From NCBI GenBank assembly GCA_963813715.1, contig CAWFAK010000008.1, positions 352,001 to 416,000 on the forward strand: a stretch of DNA of 64,000 bases. The letters run 5' to 3'. The translations under genes were made by a program, and so were the position numbers. This stretch comes from an uncultured Planctomycetaceae bacterium (GTDB taxonomy: Bacteria; Planctomycetota; Planctomycetia; Planctomycetales; Planctomycetaceae). The notes under the pieces are model-generated. The model was not told the origin of the DNA and ran no database searches. It saw nothing but the letters and a program-made list of their open reading frames with translations. The number at the start of each line of letters is the position of its first letter. The first letter of the stretch is position 1. Below, in pieces: positions 23,109 to 34,460 of the stretch.

Positions 23109-24755
23109 CGCAGGCTTTCGGCGCCGCTCTCATCGCGACGGTCGTGATTCCGCTGGTTGCGGGCCTCGTGCTGCTCGTTGCCCACTGGTCGGGGCGGATC
23201 GCCCGCTGGCTGAGCCTGGCGGCAACCATCGCCACGCTGGTCTGTTCGATCGTGCTGGCCGCATCGTACGAATCGCTGCCCGCTCGCACGCCGCAAACGT
23301 CGGCCGTGCAGCCGCGGATGGAGCTTCACTACCGGTGGTTGAACTACATCCGGCAGTCGTCGGAGAAAACCAAGCCGGAGGACGTGCCTACCAATCGCGA
23401 TCCGATCGTGCACCTCGAGTTCCTGTTGGGCCTCGACGGCATCAGCCTGTCGCTCATCGTCCTGACCTCGCTGTTGACGTTTTCGGCCATGCTGATCTCC
23501 TGGTCGCCGATTCACGACCGCGAGCGGGAGTACTATGCCGCCTTGCTGATCTTGATGGGCGCGCTCAACGGCGCCTTCTGCGCGTTCGACATCGTGCTGT
23601 TCTACGTCTTCTTCGAGTTCACGCTGCTGCCCCTGTTCTTTCTGGTCGGAATTTGGGGCGGGCCGCAGCGACGCGAAGCAGCCGTCAAGTTCTTCCTGTA
23701 TACCTTCGCGGGCAGCATTATCACGCTCACCGGCGTGGCCCTGCTGGTGATTTACGCGACGAACGATCCCGAACTCCACCTTGCGTATCCGTTTTCGATT
23801 CCCGCGCTGGCCGCCGCGCTCGAGCAGCATCCTCTGTCGCTCGATTTGCAGCGTGCGCTGCTGTTGTCGATCGCCGTCGGATTTGCGGTCAAGGTCCCCT
23901 TGTTCCCGTTTCACACCTGGCTGCCTCTGGCCCACACCGAGGCGCCCACGGCCGGCAGCGTGATCCTGGCCGGCGTGCTCTTGAAGCTGGGTGCGTACGG
24001 TTTCCTGCGAATTTGCCTGCCGCTCTTCCCGGACGCGTGTGCCGAGATCGGCACGCCGCTGATCGGCCTATTGGCGGTCATCGGCGTCATTTACGGCGCC
24101 TTGTGCGCTACGCGCAGACCGATCTGAAAAAACTCGTCGCCTATAGCAGCATCAGCCACCTCGGTTTCTGCATGCTGGGGATGTTTGCCCTCAATGCCGA
24201 GGGAATCACAGGCAGCTTTTTGCAGATCATCAATCACGGCCTGTCGACCGGGGCGCTGTTCCTGCTGTCGGAATGGTTTACGAGCGCTATCACACGCGGG
24301 AAATCAGCCAACTGGGCGGTATTGCCTCGAAGCTGCCGCTGATCTCGGCCGCGATGGTGTTCACGTGCCTGGCCAGCATGGGGCTGCCCGGGCTCAACGG
24401 ATTTGTGGGCGAGTTTCTGTCGCTCGTCGGCATGTTTAAAACGAATCGCACGTTCGCCGTCGTCGGGACGCTCGGCGTGATCCTGGCCGCGCTCTACCTG
24501 CTGTCGATGCTCAGGCGGGCGTTCTTTGGTCCGGTCGGAGAGGCTCCCCACCATTATCCCCAGGTGCGCGATCTCCGCCGTGCCGAAGGCTGGGCCGTCG
24601 TGCCGCTGATGGCGCTGTGCCTGGCGATCGGCGTATATCCAAAGCCGCTGATCGACGTGGTCAAGCCCGACGTGGAAGCGATCGCCCGTTTGTACGACGG
24701 CCATCGTCCGGTGCAGCACGAGACGGCCGTGGCCCAGCGGGAGGTGCGACGCTGA
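23105..24755 (+). CDS. nuoM: NADH-quinone oxidoreductase subunit M (2 apparent frameshifts ~24110, ~24270)
   Basis: [43 protein letters not shown] in three consecutive frames. Confidence 0.94.
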
Positions 24756-26310
24756 TGCAGCCTTTTGCCCAGACTGTGCAGTGCGTGCTGCCGGAGATCG
24801 TGCTGATCGCCGCCGCCTGCCTGCAGTTGCTGATCGGCCCCTTCTGCGTGACCGAGGGGCGTCCGGTGGACCGCCGGCTGGGTCGGCTGTGGGCCGTCGT
24901 CTCTCTGGCCGCGCTCGTGGTGGCAATGCTTGTCTGGCGGGAGTCCCACGTCGGCTATACGCCACGTCTGATTCATAACGACGCGCTGGCCCTCTTCGGC
25001 CGGGGGGTGGCTTTCCTCGCCGGCATCGTGCTGGTGCTCATCAACTGGGACGAGATCGATGAAGCGATGTCGGCCGAGTTTCATGGCGTCCTGCTCTTGA
25101 TCATCGCCGGGGTGAGCCTGACGGCGGCCGCCAACGATCTGATCGTGCTGTTCTTGGCGCTCGAACTGGTGAGCATTCCGACCTATGTCTTCTTGTACCT
25201 GCCGCGGCAGCGTTCACGGGCCTGGGTCGTAACGGTTCGAAGCCGGCCGCGCCGCTTGCGCAGCGCCTGCTGTCGACAGCTCCGGAAGCGACGACTAAGT
25301 ACTTTCTGCTGAGCATCGTGTCGTCGGCCATCACGCTCTACGGGTTCAGCTTCCTGTACGGAGCGGTGGGATCGACGCACCTGGGGACGATCCAAGCGGC
25401 CTCGGTACATTTTCCCGCGGCGCAGTCGCCGTCGATTCTGTTGATCGCCGCAGCCTGCATCGTCGGCGGGCTCAGTTTCCGCGTGACGGCCGTGCCGTTT
25501 CACTTTTACGCGCCGGACGTCTTCCAGGGTTCGCACGCGGGCGCCGCGGCCATGCTGGCGTTTATCCCCAAAGCGGCCGGATTTCTGGCACTTTATCGCA
25601 TCGTCCACTTCGACATCGCCCACGTCCACACGTCGGCCGAGAGCCTGCGGGTCTGGTGCGAATCGATCTTCTGGTTGATGGCCGTCGCCAGCATGATCAT
25701 CGGCAACGTGCTGGCCCTCTTGCAGCGCGATCTCAAGCGGCTGTTGGCCTATTCCAGCGTCGCCCACGCGGGTTACATGCTGGTCGGACTGGCGGCCGGA
25801 CACGAACCCGGCACCGTCGGCGGCGTGGCGGCGCTCCTGTTTTATCTCGTCGCTTACGGGGCGACGATTACCGGCGTGTTCGGCATGCTGGTGCTGCTCC
25901 GAGCGCGGCGACCGCCCGGTCTCCACCATCGACGACCTGGCCGGCTTGAGCCAAACGCATCCGGCCGCGGCCGCCGTGCTGATGATTCTGCTCTTCAGCC
26001 TCACGGGGCTGCCGCCGACCGGAGGATTCATCGGCAAGCTCAACTTGCTGATGGCGGCCTGGTCGCAAAAGACAATCTCGGCGGAGATTCTGGCGATCGT
26101 GCTGGCGATCAACGCGGCGATCGCGGCGGCGTATTATCTGCGGATCGTCGCGGCGATGTACCTGCGGCCGGCCCCCGCCACGGGTCGTCGTCGATACCTC
26201 TCGGCAATTGCCCGCATATGTCGGCGTCGGCCTGTGCGTCGCGGTGAGCGTGGGCCTCTTTTTCTTCCCCGGGCCGCTTGTGGGACGTGGTTTCCCAGTT
26301 CTCGACCTGA
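24755..26310 (+). CDS. nuoN: NADH-quinone oxidoreductase subunit N (several apparent frameshifts)
   Basis: LFLALELVSIPTY, AVPFHFYAPDVFQG, LKRLLAYSSVAHAGY, SLTGLPPTGGFIGK. Likely end ...WDVVSQFST-TGA at 26310 (approximate). Confidence 0.9.
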
Positions 26311-26491
26311 GGCGGCGACCGCTGGCGAATGCAGGGACCGCGACGATAAGCTGGCCCGTGTTCGATGTCGCTCGTCTTCCGCCTGGCACGCATTGCTGCG
26401 GACTGCACGCAGTGGTTCGGGCACTGTGCCGCCCGGACGAGCCTCCGCCCTCACTGTGACCGCTTCATTGTGACCGACTGGCTGTGACCCC

Positions 26492-27276
26492 ATGAAATCC
26501 GACCTCTCCGGCAAAATCGCGCTCGTGACGGGCGCCGCCCGCGGCATCGGGCAGGCCATCGCCGATCGCTTCGCTCAAAGCGGCGCCACCGTCTATTACA
26601 CCGACGTCGACGTGGCCGGTGCCGCCGCCTCGGCCGCTCGCTTCCCCGGCTGCGAATCGGCGCCTTCTGGACGTGACGAAATCCCAACAAGTGCAGGACC
26701 TCATCGGGCGGATCGAGCGCGACCGCGGCCGGCTCGACATCGTGATCAACAACGCGGGCGTCAACACGCTGGCCCACCGCGTCACGATCGACGAATTCCC
26801 CCGCAGCGAATGGGACCGCATCCTCGACGTCGACTTGAACGGCGTCTACGAAGTGAGCCAGGCCGCCGCCCGCGTGATGAAGCGGCAAAGGCAGCGGCCG
26901 GATCATCAACATCGCCTCGATCGCCGGGCTCGTGCCGCTGCGGCTGCAATCGGCGTTCGTCGCGGCCAAGGCGGCCGTCGTCAACCTCACGAAGTCGATG
27001 GCGCTGGAGCTCGGGCCCTCGGGCATTCTGGTCAACGGCATCGCCCCGGGCTCGACCTTGACCGAAGGCACCAAGCAACTCTTCTACGGTTCCGAGGGAA
27101 CGTTCAACGCTCGCGTGCAGGAAATGCTCGACCACGTGCCCCTGGGCCGTCCGGGCACGACCGACGAGATCGCCGTCGCCGCGCTGTTTCTGGCCGACCC
27201 CGAAAACAGCTACATGAACGGCCACATCCTGGTGGTCGACGGCGGCTGGATCGCGGGATACCACCGGCAGTTCTGA
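26492..27276 (+). CDS. SDR-family NAD(P)-dependent oxidoreductase (2 apparent frameshifts)
   Basis: TGAARGIG, NNAG, NIASIAG, FVAAK (YxxxK variant), VNGIAPG, VDGG. Confidence 0.9.
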
Positions 27277-27468
27277 ATCATCTGCGAGCCGCAGTAACCG
27301 CAGGGGCCGGCGGTGGCGGTGCTCCTGCATCAGTTACAAGGAACGATCGTTTTGCGGACCGGGCGTGGATTATTCGTGATCATTATCAGTGGCGACTTGC
27401 AGTGGCCTGCGCAGGCTTTGGCAACATGGTCCCACCGAGTCAATGCGACGTTCGCCCGCGAGCGTGCG

Positions 27469-28464
27469 ATGCCAATCATCGAAGTCCAGTTTGACAACGA
27501 AGCCGAACTCCAAAAGTGGGTCCAGGCCAATGTATCGTTTTTCCTCAAGGACTGCTTTTTCCTGGACGGCTTTCGCATCACGACTAGCGCGGGCAAGGGG
27601 GGAGTGCCGGACGGTTTCGCCATAAACTTCAAAACTCGCGAGTGGTACATCATTGAAAGCGAGTTGCTCGCGCATGGTGTTTGGCCGCATATCGCAGAGC
27701 AGTTGACGCGATTCGTTGTCGCATCTCAAAACTCAGGTTCGGTGTGTGTTATTCGTGACAAGGCCTTCGACTTTATTTTGGAGACAGGTCGGGTCAACGA
27801 GTGCGCGGACCAGTTGAAGACGACAAAAGAACGGTTGCTTCAACAGATCGAGGTTTTTCTTGAGTCCGTCCCGCCAGGGTTCGTGATTTTCATCGATGAC
27901 ACAAATCAGGACCTCTTGGATGTAGTTCACGCGCTCGAAGCGCCGACGCAAATCTTCAGAGTGCGCAAGCTGGTCACCGACGGCAAGATCGAATACTACT
28001 CACCGGACCATCGGCCGGTTATTGACACGGAACCGGCTGCGGACCTCGATGCGGGACCGGCCATGCTCCAGACTCTGGAGCAGCTCGGCGGCGGTCAGCT
28101 GTTAGACACGACTCGCCGTTTCAAGTGCTATCAAACCACGGACGGGCACATCGTCCACATAAAGTACTCAAAACTTCATGAGCACCAGAATTACTACTGG
28201 TTCGGAATCACTCCGACGGCAATGGATTCCATTGACGAGCTCGGTGTCACGCATGTAGTGCTCATCCTCGGCTCAGCTGGATTCGTCGCCATACCGGTCA
28301 GCGTGCTCCGTGAGTATCTCAAAACCGCGAGAGTCACTAGAAATCCGGACGGCTCGGTTCGTCATTACCACCTGCTCGTCTCCCGAGAGCCGGAGCCGGA
28401 ATTGTTTTGGTCAGCTGAAACTCCGCGATACGACCTTTCCGAATGTTTCAGCCCCTTTGATTGA
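27469..28464 (+). CDS. Hypothetical protein with N-terminal PD-(D/E)xK-like nuclease domain
   Basis: Intact 331-aa ORF, visibly lower GC than its neighbours; NEAEL...VPDG...YIIESEL motif spacing. Confidence 0.6.
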   Translation: MPIIEVQFDNEAELQKWVQANVSFFLKDCFFLDGFRITTSAGKGGVPDGFAINFKTREWYIIESELLAHGVWPHIAEQLTRFVVASQNSGSVCVIRDKAFDFILETGRVNECADQLKTTKERLLQQIEVFLESVPPGFVIFIDDTNQDLLDVVHALEAPTQIFRVRKLVTDGKIEYYSPDHRPVIDTEPAADLDAGPAMLQTLEQLGGGQLLDTTRRFKCYQTTDGHIVHIKYSKLHEHQNYYWFGITPTAMDSIDELGVTHVVLILGSAGFVAIPVSVLREYLKTARVTRNPDGSVRHYHLLVSREPEPELFWSAETPRYDLSECFSPFD

Positions 28465-28492
28465 TTCGGAACGGCGGACTGCCCTAGCCCAA

Positions 28493-30029
28493 TTAGAACA
28501 CGAGCCACGGGCCCGGGTTCTCGATTCCCTGCCGCAGGGTCGCCAGAAACTTCGCCGCGGGGGCGCCGTCAACGATGCGGTGGTCGAAAGTCAGGCTGAG
28601 CACCATCTGGTCGCGCGGCACGATCTGGTCGCCGACGACCGCCGGCCGTTTTTCGATTCGTCCGAGGCCCAGGATTGCGCACTGCGGGACGTTCAGGATC
28701 GGCGTGAAGGCGTCGATGCCGTAAGCACCAGGTTGCTGATCGTGAACGTGCCTCCGGTGAGGTCGGCGGGGACGAGCCGGCCCGATTCGGCGCGTAGCGT
28801 CAGGTCGGCCAGGTGCGCGGCAACTTCGCGAAGTCCGAGCGCGGCCACGTCGTGGACCACCGGAGCGAGGAGACCGGCGGGCGTGTCGACGGCGACGGCA
28901 ATGTGGATCCCCGGCGGCGTCTCGATCCGGCCGTCGATCCACTGCTGATTGAGCTGCGGATGCTCGGCAAGCGCCGGGCCGCCAGCTTCGTGATGAAGGC
29001 GAGATAGCCCGGCGTCACGGCGTCCCCGGTGCTTGCGGCAGTCACAGCCGACTTGAATTGGGCCCGCAGGCTGACGAGGTTGGTAGCGTCCGCCGTCGTC
29101 GTCAGGGTGACGGGAGCCGTCTGCTGCGAACCGGCGGCCATCCGCGCCGCGATCGTCCGCCGCAGAGCCGAGCGGGCGGCACTCTCGGCCGGCGCCGAGG
29201 CGAGAGCGCGGTGCGAGTATGCGGTTGTCGAATAGGCGGAATTTGCAACTTTCGCCGTCTTGCCGTCAGCCGCCGCCCGTATGTCGCGTTCGCGAATCCG
29301 GCCGCTCCGACCCGTGCCCGGCACGTCGCGCCAATCTAGATCGAGCTCGGCCGCAATGCGGAGTGCCCGCGGCGAGATGCGGGGCCGCGTCGCCACGGCG
29401 GTTTGCTGTCCATCCGAAGGTCCTCGCCACGACGCCTGCGCCCGTGTGACGAAACTCGGCGAGCCGGGCTCGTGCATGGGCGGACCGGCGGGAGAAATTT
29501 CGGGCTGCGAAGGACGGGGCGGCGAGATTTCCGGTCCCGGCGTGCTCGGGCCGGGCGATTTCGGCGGCGTGATTTCCGGCTCGGGAACGGCCGGCGCCGG
29601 CGTCTTCGAGGGGGCCGTTCCCGGCTTCGGCACTTCCGGACCCGGCTTCTCCGGCCGCGACGGTTTGGGCTGCGGGACTTCAGGTGTTGGCTTGGGCGAC
29701 GTCGGCTTTGGCGCCGCCGGTTTGTCCGGAGCCGGCTTGCCCGGCTCGCCGGCAAGCTGCGGTCCGGCAAACGGATCGGCCTCGTCCGCAGTCACCAGAA
29801 ACGCCAGCGTCACGCCGACGCGGACGGGTGCACCGCTTTCCGGTGCCGGCGGGGAGATTCGCAGGATGCCCGAGCCGATGGCTTCGACATCCTGGATGGC
29901 TTTGTCTCCCTCGATGGCGAAGAGCGGCTGGCCCGCTTCGACGAATTCGCCGTCGCGTTTGAGCCATTCGACGAAGGTTCCCTCTTCCATGCTCCATCCG
30001 AGCCGCGGCACTTTGATTTCAACGGGCAT
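28493..30029 (-). CDS. 2-oxoacid/acetoin dehydrogenase E2, dihydrolipoamide acyltransferase (about 2 apparent frameshifts)
   Basis: Lipoyl domain IEGDKA, long Pro-rich linker, ISPRA...GTGRSGRI subunit-binding domain, catalytic DHRIVDG. Confidence 0.92.
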
Positions 30030-30037
30030 GGCGCTCC

Positions 30038-32059
30038 TTACTCGTCCACGAGGTCACGGATCGCCCCGATGATCGCGGCGACATTGGGCACAACAGCCGC
30101 CTCGAGCGGCGGGCTGTAGGGGGTCGGCGTATGGACGCCGTTGAGCCGACGGATCGGCGCGTCCAAATCGTCGAATCCCCGGTCCGCGATCTGTGCGGCA
30201 ATCTCCGCGCCAACTCCGAACGGCGAGAAGGCTTCGTCCACGATCAAAAGTCGCCCGGTCTTGGCGACCGAGGCCAAAACGGTGTCGATATCGAGCGGAG
30301 CGATGGTCCGCGGATCGATCACTTCAACCGAGATCCCCTCGCCGGCTAGCGTTTCGGCCGCCTTCAGCGTGTGCTGAGCCATGAGCGCCAGCGCGACCAC
30401 GGTCACGTCCTGACCCGTTCGCAGCACGCGGGCCTGGCCGAACGGAATTTCGTAATCTCCCTCCGGCACGAGGCCTTTCACCGTCAACAGCTCGCGGTGT
30501 TCGAGGAACATCACTGGGTCGTCGGAGCGCAGGGCGTGCGTCAGGAGGCCCTTGGCGTCCGCCGGCGTCGAGGGAAGCACCACCCGCAAGCCGGGGAAGT
30601 GCGCGTACAGCGGATAATAATTGCCCGAGTGATGGGTGGCCGCCGAGTGGCCGATGCCGACGCAGCCACGCAGCAGGATGGGCATCCGCAGGCGGCCGCT
30701 GCTCATGTACTGCATCTTGGCGATCTGGTTGAGGATTTCGCCGACGGCGTCGAGGATGAAGTCGGCAAACATGAAGTCGATCACCGGTCGCGTGCCGACC
30801 ATCGCCGCGCCGCCCCCCAGGCCAACAAATCCCCGCTCGCAGATCGGCGTATCGCACAGACGATCGGCCCCGTAGCGATCGTACAGGCCGAAGGTCGTGC
30901 GGAAGTTGCCCCCCCGTTTGCCGATGCCTTCGCCCATGACAAAGATCTTCGAGTCGGCCTCCATGGCGGACGAGAGGGCTTCGAGTGTCGCCTGCATCCA
31001 GTTGGCCGAGCGCTCGGTCTCGGGCGCCTGACTGTTAGCGGTTGACGCGTCGACCGGCTTCGCCGGGCTGAAGACGTGCTCGGCCGCCGTTGCTGGCTCA
31101 GGCCACGGACTGGCCTCGGCAAAGCGGACCGCCTCGGCAGTCGTCTCGGCGATCTCGGCATTGATGGCTGTGAGCTGCCCGGCATTCGCCTGGCCCTCCT
31201 CGCATATCGTGCGACCGAGGCGGACGATCGGGCAGCGGCCCTTCCAGCCGTCGACTTCTTCCCGCGTGCGATAGCCAAAATCGCCCATTCCCTCCGCGTG
31301 CGGCCGCGTGCGATACGTTTTGCATTCCAAGAGCGTCGCCCCCTGGCCGGAGCGGGCGCGGGCGACCGCCTCACCCGCCGCGTCGAAGACCGCCAGCACG
31401 TCGTTGCCGTCGACTTCGATCCCAGCCAGGCCGTACGCGGCGGCGCGGCCCGCCACGCTGGCGTTCCCGCTCGAGTAGCTGAAGGGGACTTCGGTGGCGT
31501 ACTGGTTGTTTTCGCAGACAAAGAGAACGGGCAGCTTCCAGATGGCGGCCATGTTGAGGCCCTCGTGGAAGGCCCCGTTGTTGACCGCCCCGTCGCCAAA
31601 GAACGCGACGGCCACTCGGTCGCATTTGAGAATCTTGAAGCCGTAGCCCGCGCCGGTCGCCTGGAGAATAGACGGCCCGACGATGCCGCTGGTTCCCATC
31701 ATCCCAACTTCGGGGGAGAACAGGTGCATGCTGCCGCCACGACCCCGCGAGCAGCCCGTCGAACGGCCGAACAGCTCGGCGATTAGCTGGCGGGGCTCCA
31801 AACCTTTGGCCAGCGCGTGCCCGTGACCGCGGTGGGTGCTGAAGACGACGTCGTCGATCCGCAGATGGGCACAGACGCCGGCTGCAATCGCCTCCTGGCC
31901 GACGTAGGTGTGGCAGGCCCCGTGCACCAGGCCCCGCTGATGGCAGCGGGCCAGCTCCTCTTCGCACAGCCGGATCGTCTGCATCGTGCGGTAAAGACGC
32001 AGCCGCGATTGAGTTTGCGCAGCGGCCTCGGGGGCCTGGGGATCGATTCGGGTCGCCAT
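30038..32059 (-). CDS. Fused E1 alpha/beta TPP-dependent dehydrogenase (pyruvate/acetoin family)
   Basis: ATG 32059 (MATRIDP); HRGHGH, GRGGSMH, GDGA...NN TPP motif, DTPICE, transketolase C-terminal domain. Confidence 0.93.
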   Translation of the reverse strand: MATRIDPQAPEAAAQTQSRLRLYRTMQTIRLCEEELARCHQRGLVHGACHTYVGQEAIAAGVCAHLRIDDVVFSTHRGHGHALAKGLEPRQLIAELFGRSTGCSRGRGGSMHLFSPEVGMMGTSGIVGPSILQATGAGYGFKILKCDRVAVAFFGDGAVNNGAFHEGLNMAAIWKLPVLFVCENNQYATEVPFSYSSGNASVAGRAAAYGLAGIEVDGNDVLAVFDAAGEAVARARSGQGATLLECKTYRTRPHAEGMGDFGYRTREEVDGWKGRCPIVRLGRTICEEGQANAGQLTAINAEIAETTAEAVRFAEASPWPEPATAAEHVFSPAKPVDASTANSQAPETERSANWMQATLEALSSAMEADSKIFVMGEGIGKRGGNFRTTFGLYDRYGADRLCDTPICERGFVGLGGGAAMVGTRPVIDFMFADFILDAVGEILNQIAKMQYMSSGRLRMPILLRGCVGIGHSAATHHSGNYYPLYAHFPGLRVVLPSTPADAKGLLTHALRSDDPVMFLEHRELLTVKGLVPEGDYEIPFGQARVLRTGQDVTVVALALMAQHTLKAAETLAGEGISVEVIDPRTIAPLDIDTVLASVAKTGRLLIVDEAFSPFGVGAEIAAQIADRGFDDLDAPIRRLNGVHTPTPYSPPLEAAVVPNVAAIIGAIRDLVDE

Positions 32060-32247
32060 GAGATCCTGCCGACGGAGGGACGGGCTCGCACGGGGTGAGA
32101 GAGCGAACTTGCGAGCCTCTTTTGCAGGATACTCGCGGCGCCGGGGCGACGTAAGGGTCGATCGGACCGCAGGAAGCGGGGATCGTGCGAATGGCGGCGA
32201 GTCGGAATGGTCGAACGAGAAACCGACAGACAGTCGGCGATCCCGGC

Positions 32248-32625
32248 TCAGCCTTCCCGCAGCAGGCGGCGGCGGCGGGCTCGGGTGGCGCGATACATGG
32301 TCCGCTCCCCGTCCTCTGCCTCGACGAAGAAGTTCCCCGCCAGCAGCCGGTAGAAGAGCAGGATGATGAAGGCTCCCCCGGTGCCGGCAGCGAAACCGGG
32401 CAGGCTGATCGGCATGATCCGCTGGCCGTGACAGAAGAAAGCGATCACGCCGCAACCCAGCACCGACCCGACGATTCCCATCAGCGTGGTGCCCAGGGCG
32501 CCGCCCGGATCGCGGCCGGGCATGATCGCCTTGGCGGCGAGGCCGACAAGCGTGCCGAAGCCAACCCACAGCAGGACTTCGTGGCCGGCTTGCTGCAGAA
32601 TCAGCGTGATCTGAGGCGAGGTCAT
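32248..32625 (-). CDS. GlsB/YeaQ/YmgE (transglycosylase-associated) membrane protein
   Basis: WVGFGTLVGLAAKAIMPGRDPGG...GIVGS pattern. Confidence 0.85.
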   Translation of the reverse strand: MTSPQITLILQQAGHEVLLWVGFGTLVGLAAKAIMPGRDPGGALGTTLMGIVGSVLGCGVIAFFCHGQRIMPISLPGFAAGTGGAFIILLFYRLLAGNFFVEAEDGERTMYRATRARRRRLLREG

Positions 32626-32863
32626 CCGTGACGCCGGGACCAGAGACGAGGACCAATCGGGGAAAGTCGCTTTATCGTTATCGTCGCCGATCGGGCGACC
32701 CCTCCACCGGATTCCCCGACCAATCCCCGCCCGTACCAACGGGTGGCCACAGCCAGAATTTCGAGCTGTGGAAGTCTGCGAAGTCTGCGGAAGAACGCCG
32801 GCCGCCCCGCTCCGCCCTGCATTTCGGATTTGCCGGCAGCCGCCGCCAGCCGGGGGCCCGCGC

Positions 32864-32917
32864 AAAAACAGCCGGCCAAACCCGGGGTCGCAAGCGTTGC
32901 GGTGGACTTGACCGGCC
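32864..32917 (-). terminator. Putative intrinsic terminator after the 32962..33471 gene
   Basis: Minus strand GGCCGGTCAAGTCC...GGGTTTGGCCGGCT stem (with G-U pairs) followed by GTTTTT. Confidence 0.55.
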
Positions 32918-32961
32918 GAAGAAGGGAGGGCACCGTCGCGGAGTCAGCGCCCCGCCGGCCG

Positions 32962-33471
32962 TTATTGCTGCCGGAACTGTTGGCAGTAGGGGCAGGAGTT
33001 TTGGACGGGCATACGAGTCACGGGCTGAGCGTTCTGGAACGACGTGAGAATGTTATCCCACATCTGTCCGTAGAGCGATTCGCTGGTCTGATAGACCTGG
33101 AACGCCTGCTCGTTGTCGATGATGGTAACGTGGGGAAGTTGGGGCGAGCCGAACAGCTCGTTGACCTTCTTCCCGTGGGGAGTCGACGTGTCGATCACGG
33201 TGACCACATAGTTCTGCAACAGGTCCCGCCGGACGCGCGTCTTCTGCACGTCGTCGAGCGAGATCAATGCGACCTTCGCGCCCTTCGCCGGATTCAGGAT
33301 CACCAGCATGGGCTTCTTTGCCTGTTTGGCAGCGCGGTAGGCCTTGGTGTAGTTGTCGTACGAGGTCGGAGCGACTTGGGCGTCCGCCGACGGCGTGTTG
33401 TTCGTGGCTGCCACGAACTTGTCACTTACCGCCGCTTGAGCAAACAGTAGAAGGGCGAAACCAAAGGACAT
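32962..33471 (-). CDS. Secreted thioredoxin-fold-like hypothetical protein
   Basis: AAGGAAG before ATG 33471; signal peptide; YTKAYRAAKQAKKPMLVIL resembles thioredoxin-like N-termini; C-terminal CPYC. Confidence 0.65.
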   Translation of the reverse strand: MSFGFALLLFAQAAVSDKFVAATNNTPSADAQVAPTSYDNYTKAYRAAKQAKKPMLVILNPAKGAKVALISLDDVQKTRVRRDLLQNYVVTVIDTSTPHGKKVNELFGSPQLPHVTIIDNEQAFQVYQTSESLYGQMWDNILTSFQNAQPVTRMPVQNSCPYCQQFRQQ

Positions 33472-33748
33472 GACACTTCCTTTCTTCATCCATTCGAGAT
33501 TCGGTCATCCAGGACCGCACCAGGCATCTCTGCCAGGTTCCAACGGCCCCCGTCCATTCCGCGAAGGCTCCACTGTGGCGGCCCGCAAACTCATGGTCAA
33601 GTTTCCCGAGGGATAAAGTTGGCAATCTCCAGCTACAACTCCCATCTCTCCTAAATTGTCAGTTTGCAGAAAATTTCGGCGCACTAATCGGCACGAGTTG
33701 ACAGCGAATTCCCCGTTCGCTTGGCGTCACGTCGCCCCCAGTCGAGCA

Positions 33749-34399
33749 TCAACCGGGCAACAGGCGCAAGATTTTCGGGTCGTCGAGACGCTCGGCAATG
33801 AACGTCGCCGCGCTGAAGTCGTGATAGCGGCTGTGCTCGTGCGGGATCGAAACGGCCACGGCCCCGGCGGCTGCGGCCGAGCGAATCCCGTTCTCGCTAT
33901 CTTCCAGCACGAGCATCTCGCCCGGCTCGACACCGAGCCGGCCGGCCGCCTTGAGGTAGATTTCCGGATGGGGTTTCCCCTCGACGACGTCTTCTGACGT
34001 CAGCAAGAGATCGAACCGCTCCACCAGCTCGAACTTGCGCAGCACCGACTCGATGTAAGGCCGCCGCGACGAAGTCGCCACCCCCTTCGGGACCGACCGC
34101 TCCTCCAAGTGCGACAGCAGCTCGAACAGGCCGGGCATCGGGGCGACGTGCTTCCAAAGCAAGTCCTGGAAGATGGCCCGCTCTTCGGCCCGCAGGTCGG
34201 CCGGCGACTCGGTCAGCCCCAGGGCGGCGATCATCAGCGGGAAGGCTTCGTCCGACCGGCGGCCCATCATCAGGCTGAGCAGCTCGGGCGTCATTTCCTT
34301 GCCCCGTCGACGCAACAGCTCCCGGCCGGAGCGGTTAAAGATGTCCTCCGTGTTGAACATCAGGCCATCGAAGTCGAAGATGACCGCTTTGATCACCAT
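33749..34399 (-). CDS. HAD-family phosphatase
   Basis: FDFDG, ATSS, KPHPEIY, LEDSENG. Confidence 0.93.
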   Translation of the reverse strand: MVIKAVIFDFDGLMFNTEDIFNRSGRELLRRRGKEMTPELLSLMMGRRSDEAFPLMIAALGLTESPADLRAEERAIFQDLLWKHVAPMPGLFELLSHLEERSVPKGVATSSRRPYIESVLRKFELVERFDLLLTSEDVVEGKPHPEIYLKAAGRLGVEPGEMLVLEDSENGIRSAAAAGAVAVSIPHEHSRYHDFSAATFIAERLDDPKILRLLPG

Positions 34400-34460
34400 C
34401 GCCGGGCACCCCGCATCGAATTTCGCTCCGTCTTTCTGCCTCGTCTGTGGGCGGTGGTCG

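Noticed and set aside
14630..26310. Programmed frameshifting or pseudogenisation of complex I
   Set aside because: No shared slippery motif was seen, catalytic motifs are intact, and the same breaks affect unrelated genes.
30038..32656. 872-aa E1, plus the N-terminally extended nuoE (13429), nuoH (17442), lyase (44968) and acyl-CoA synthetase (42889) ORFs
   Set aside because: The extensions overlap upstream genes or repeats and look non-coding; better starts lie downstream.
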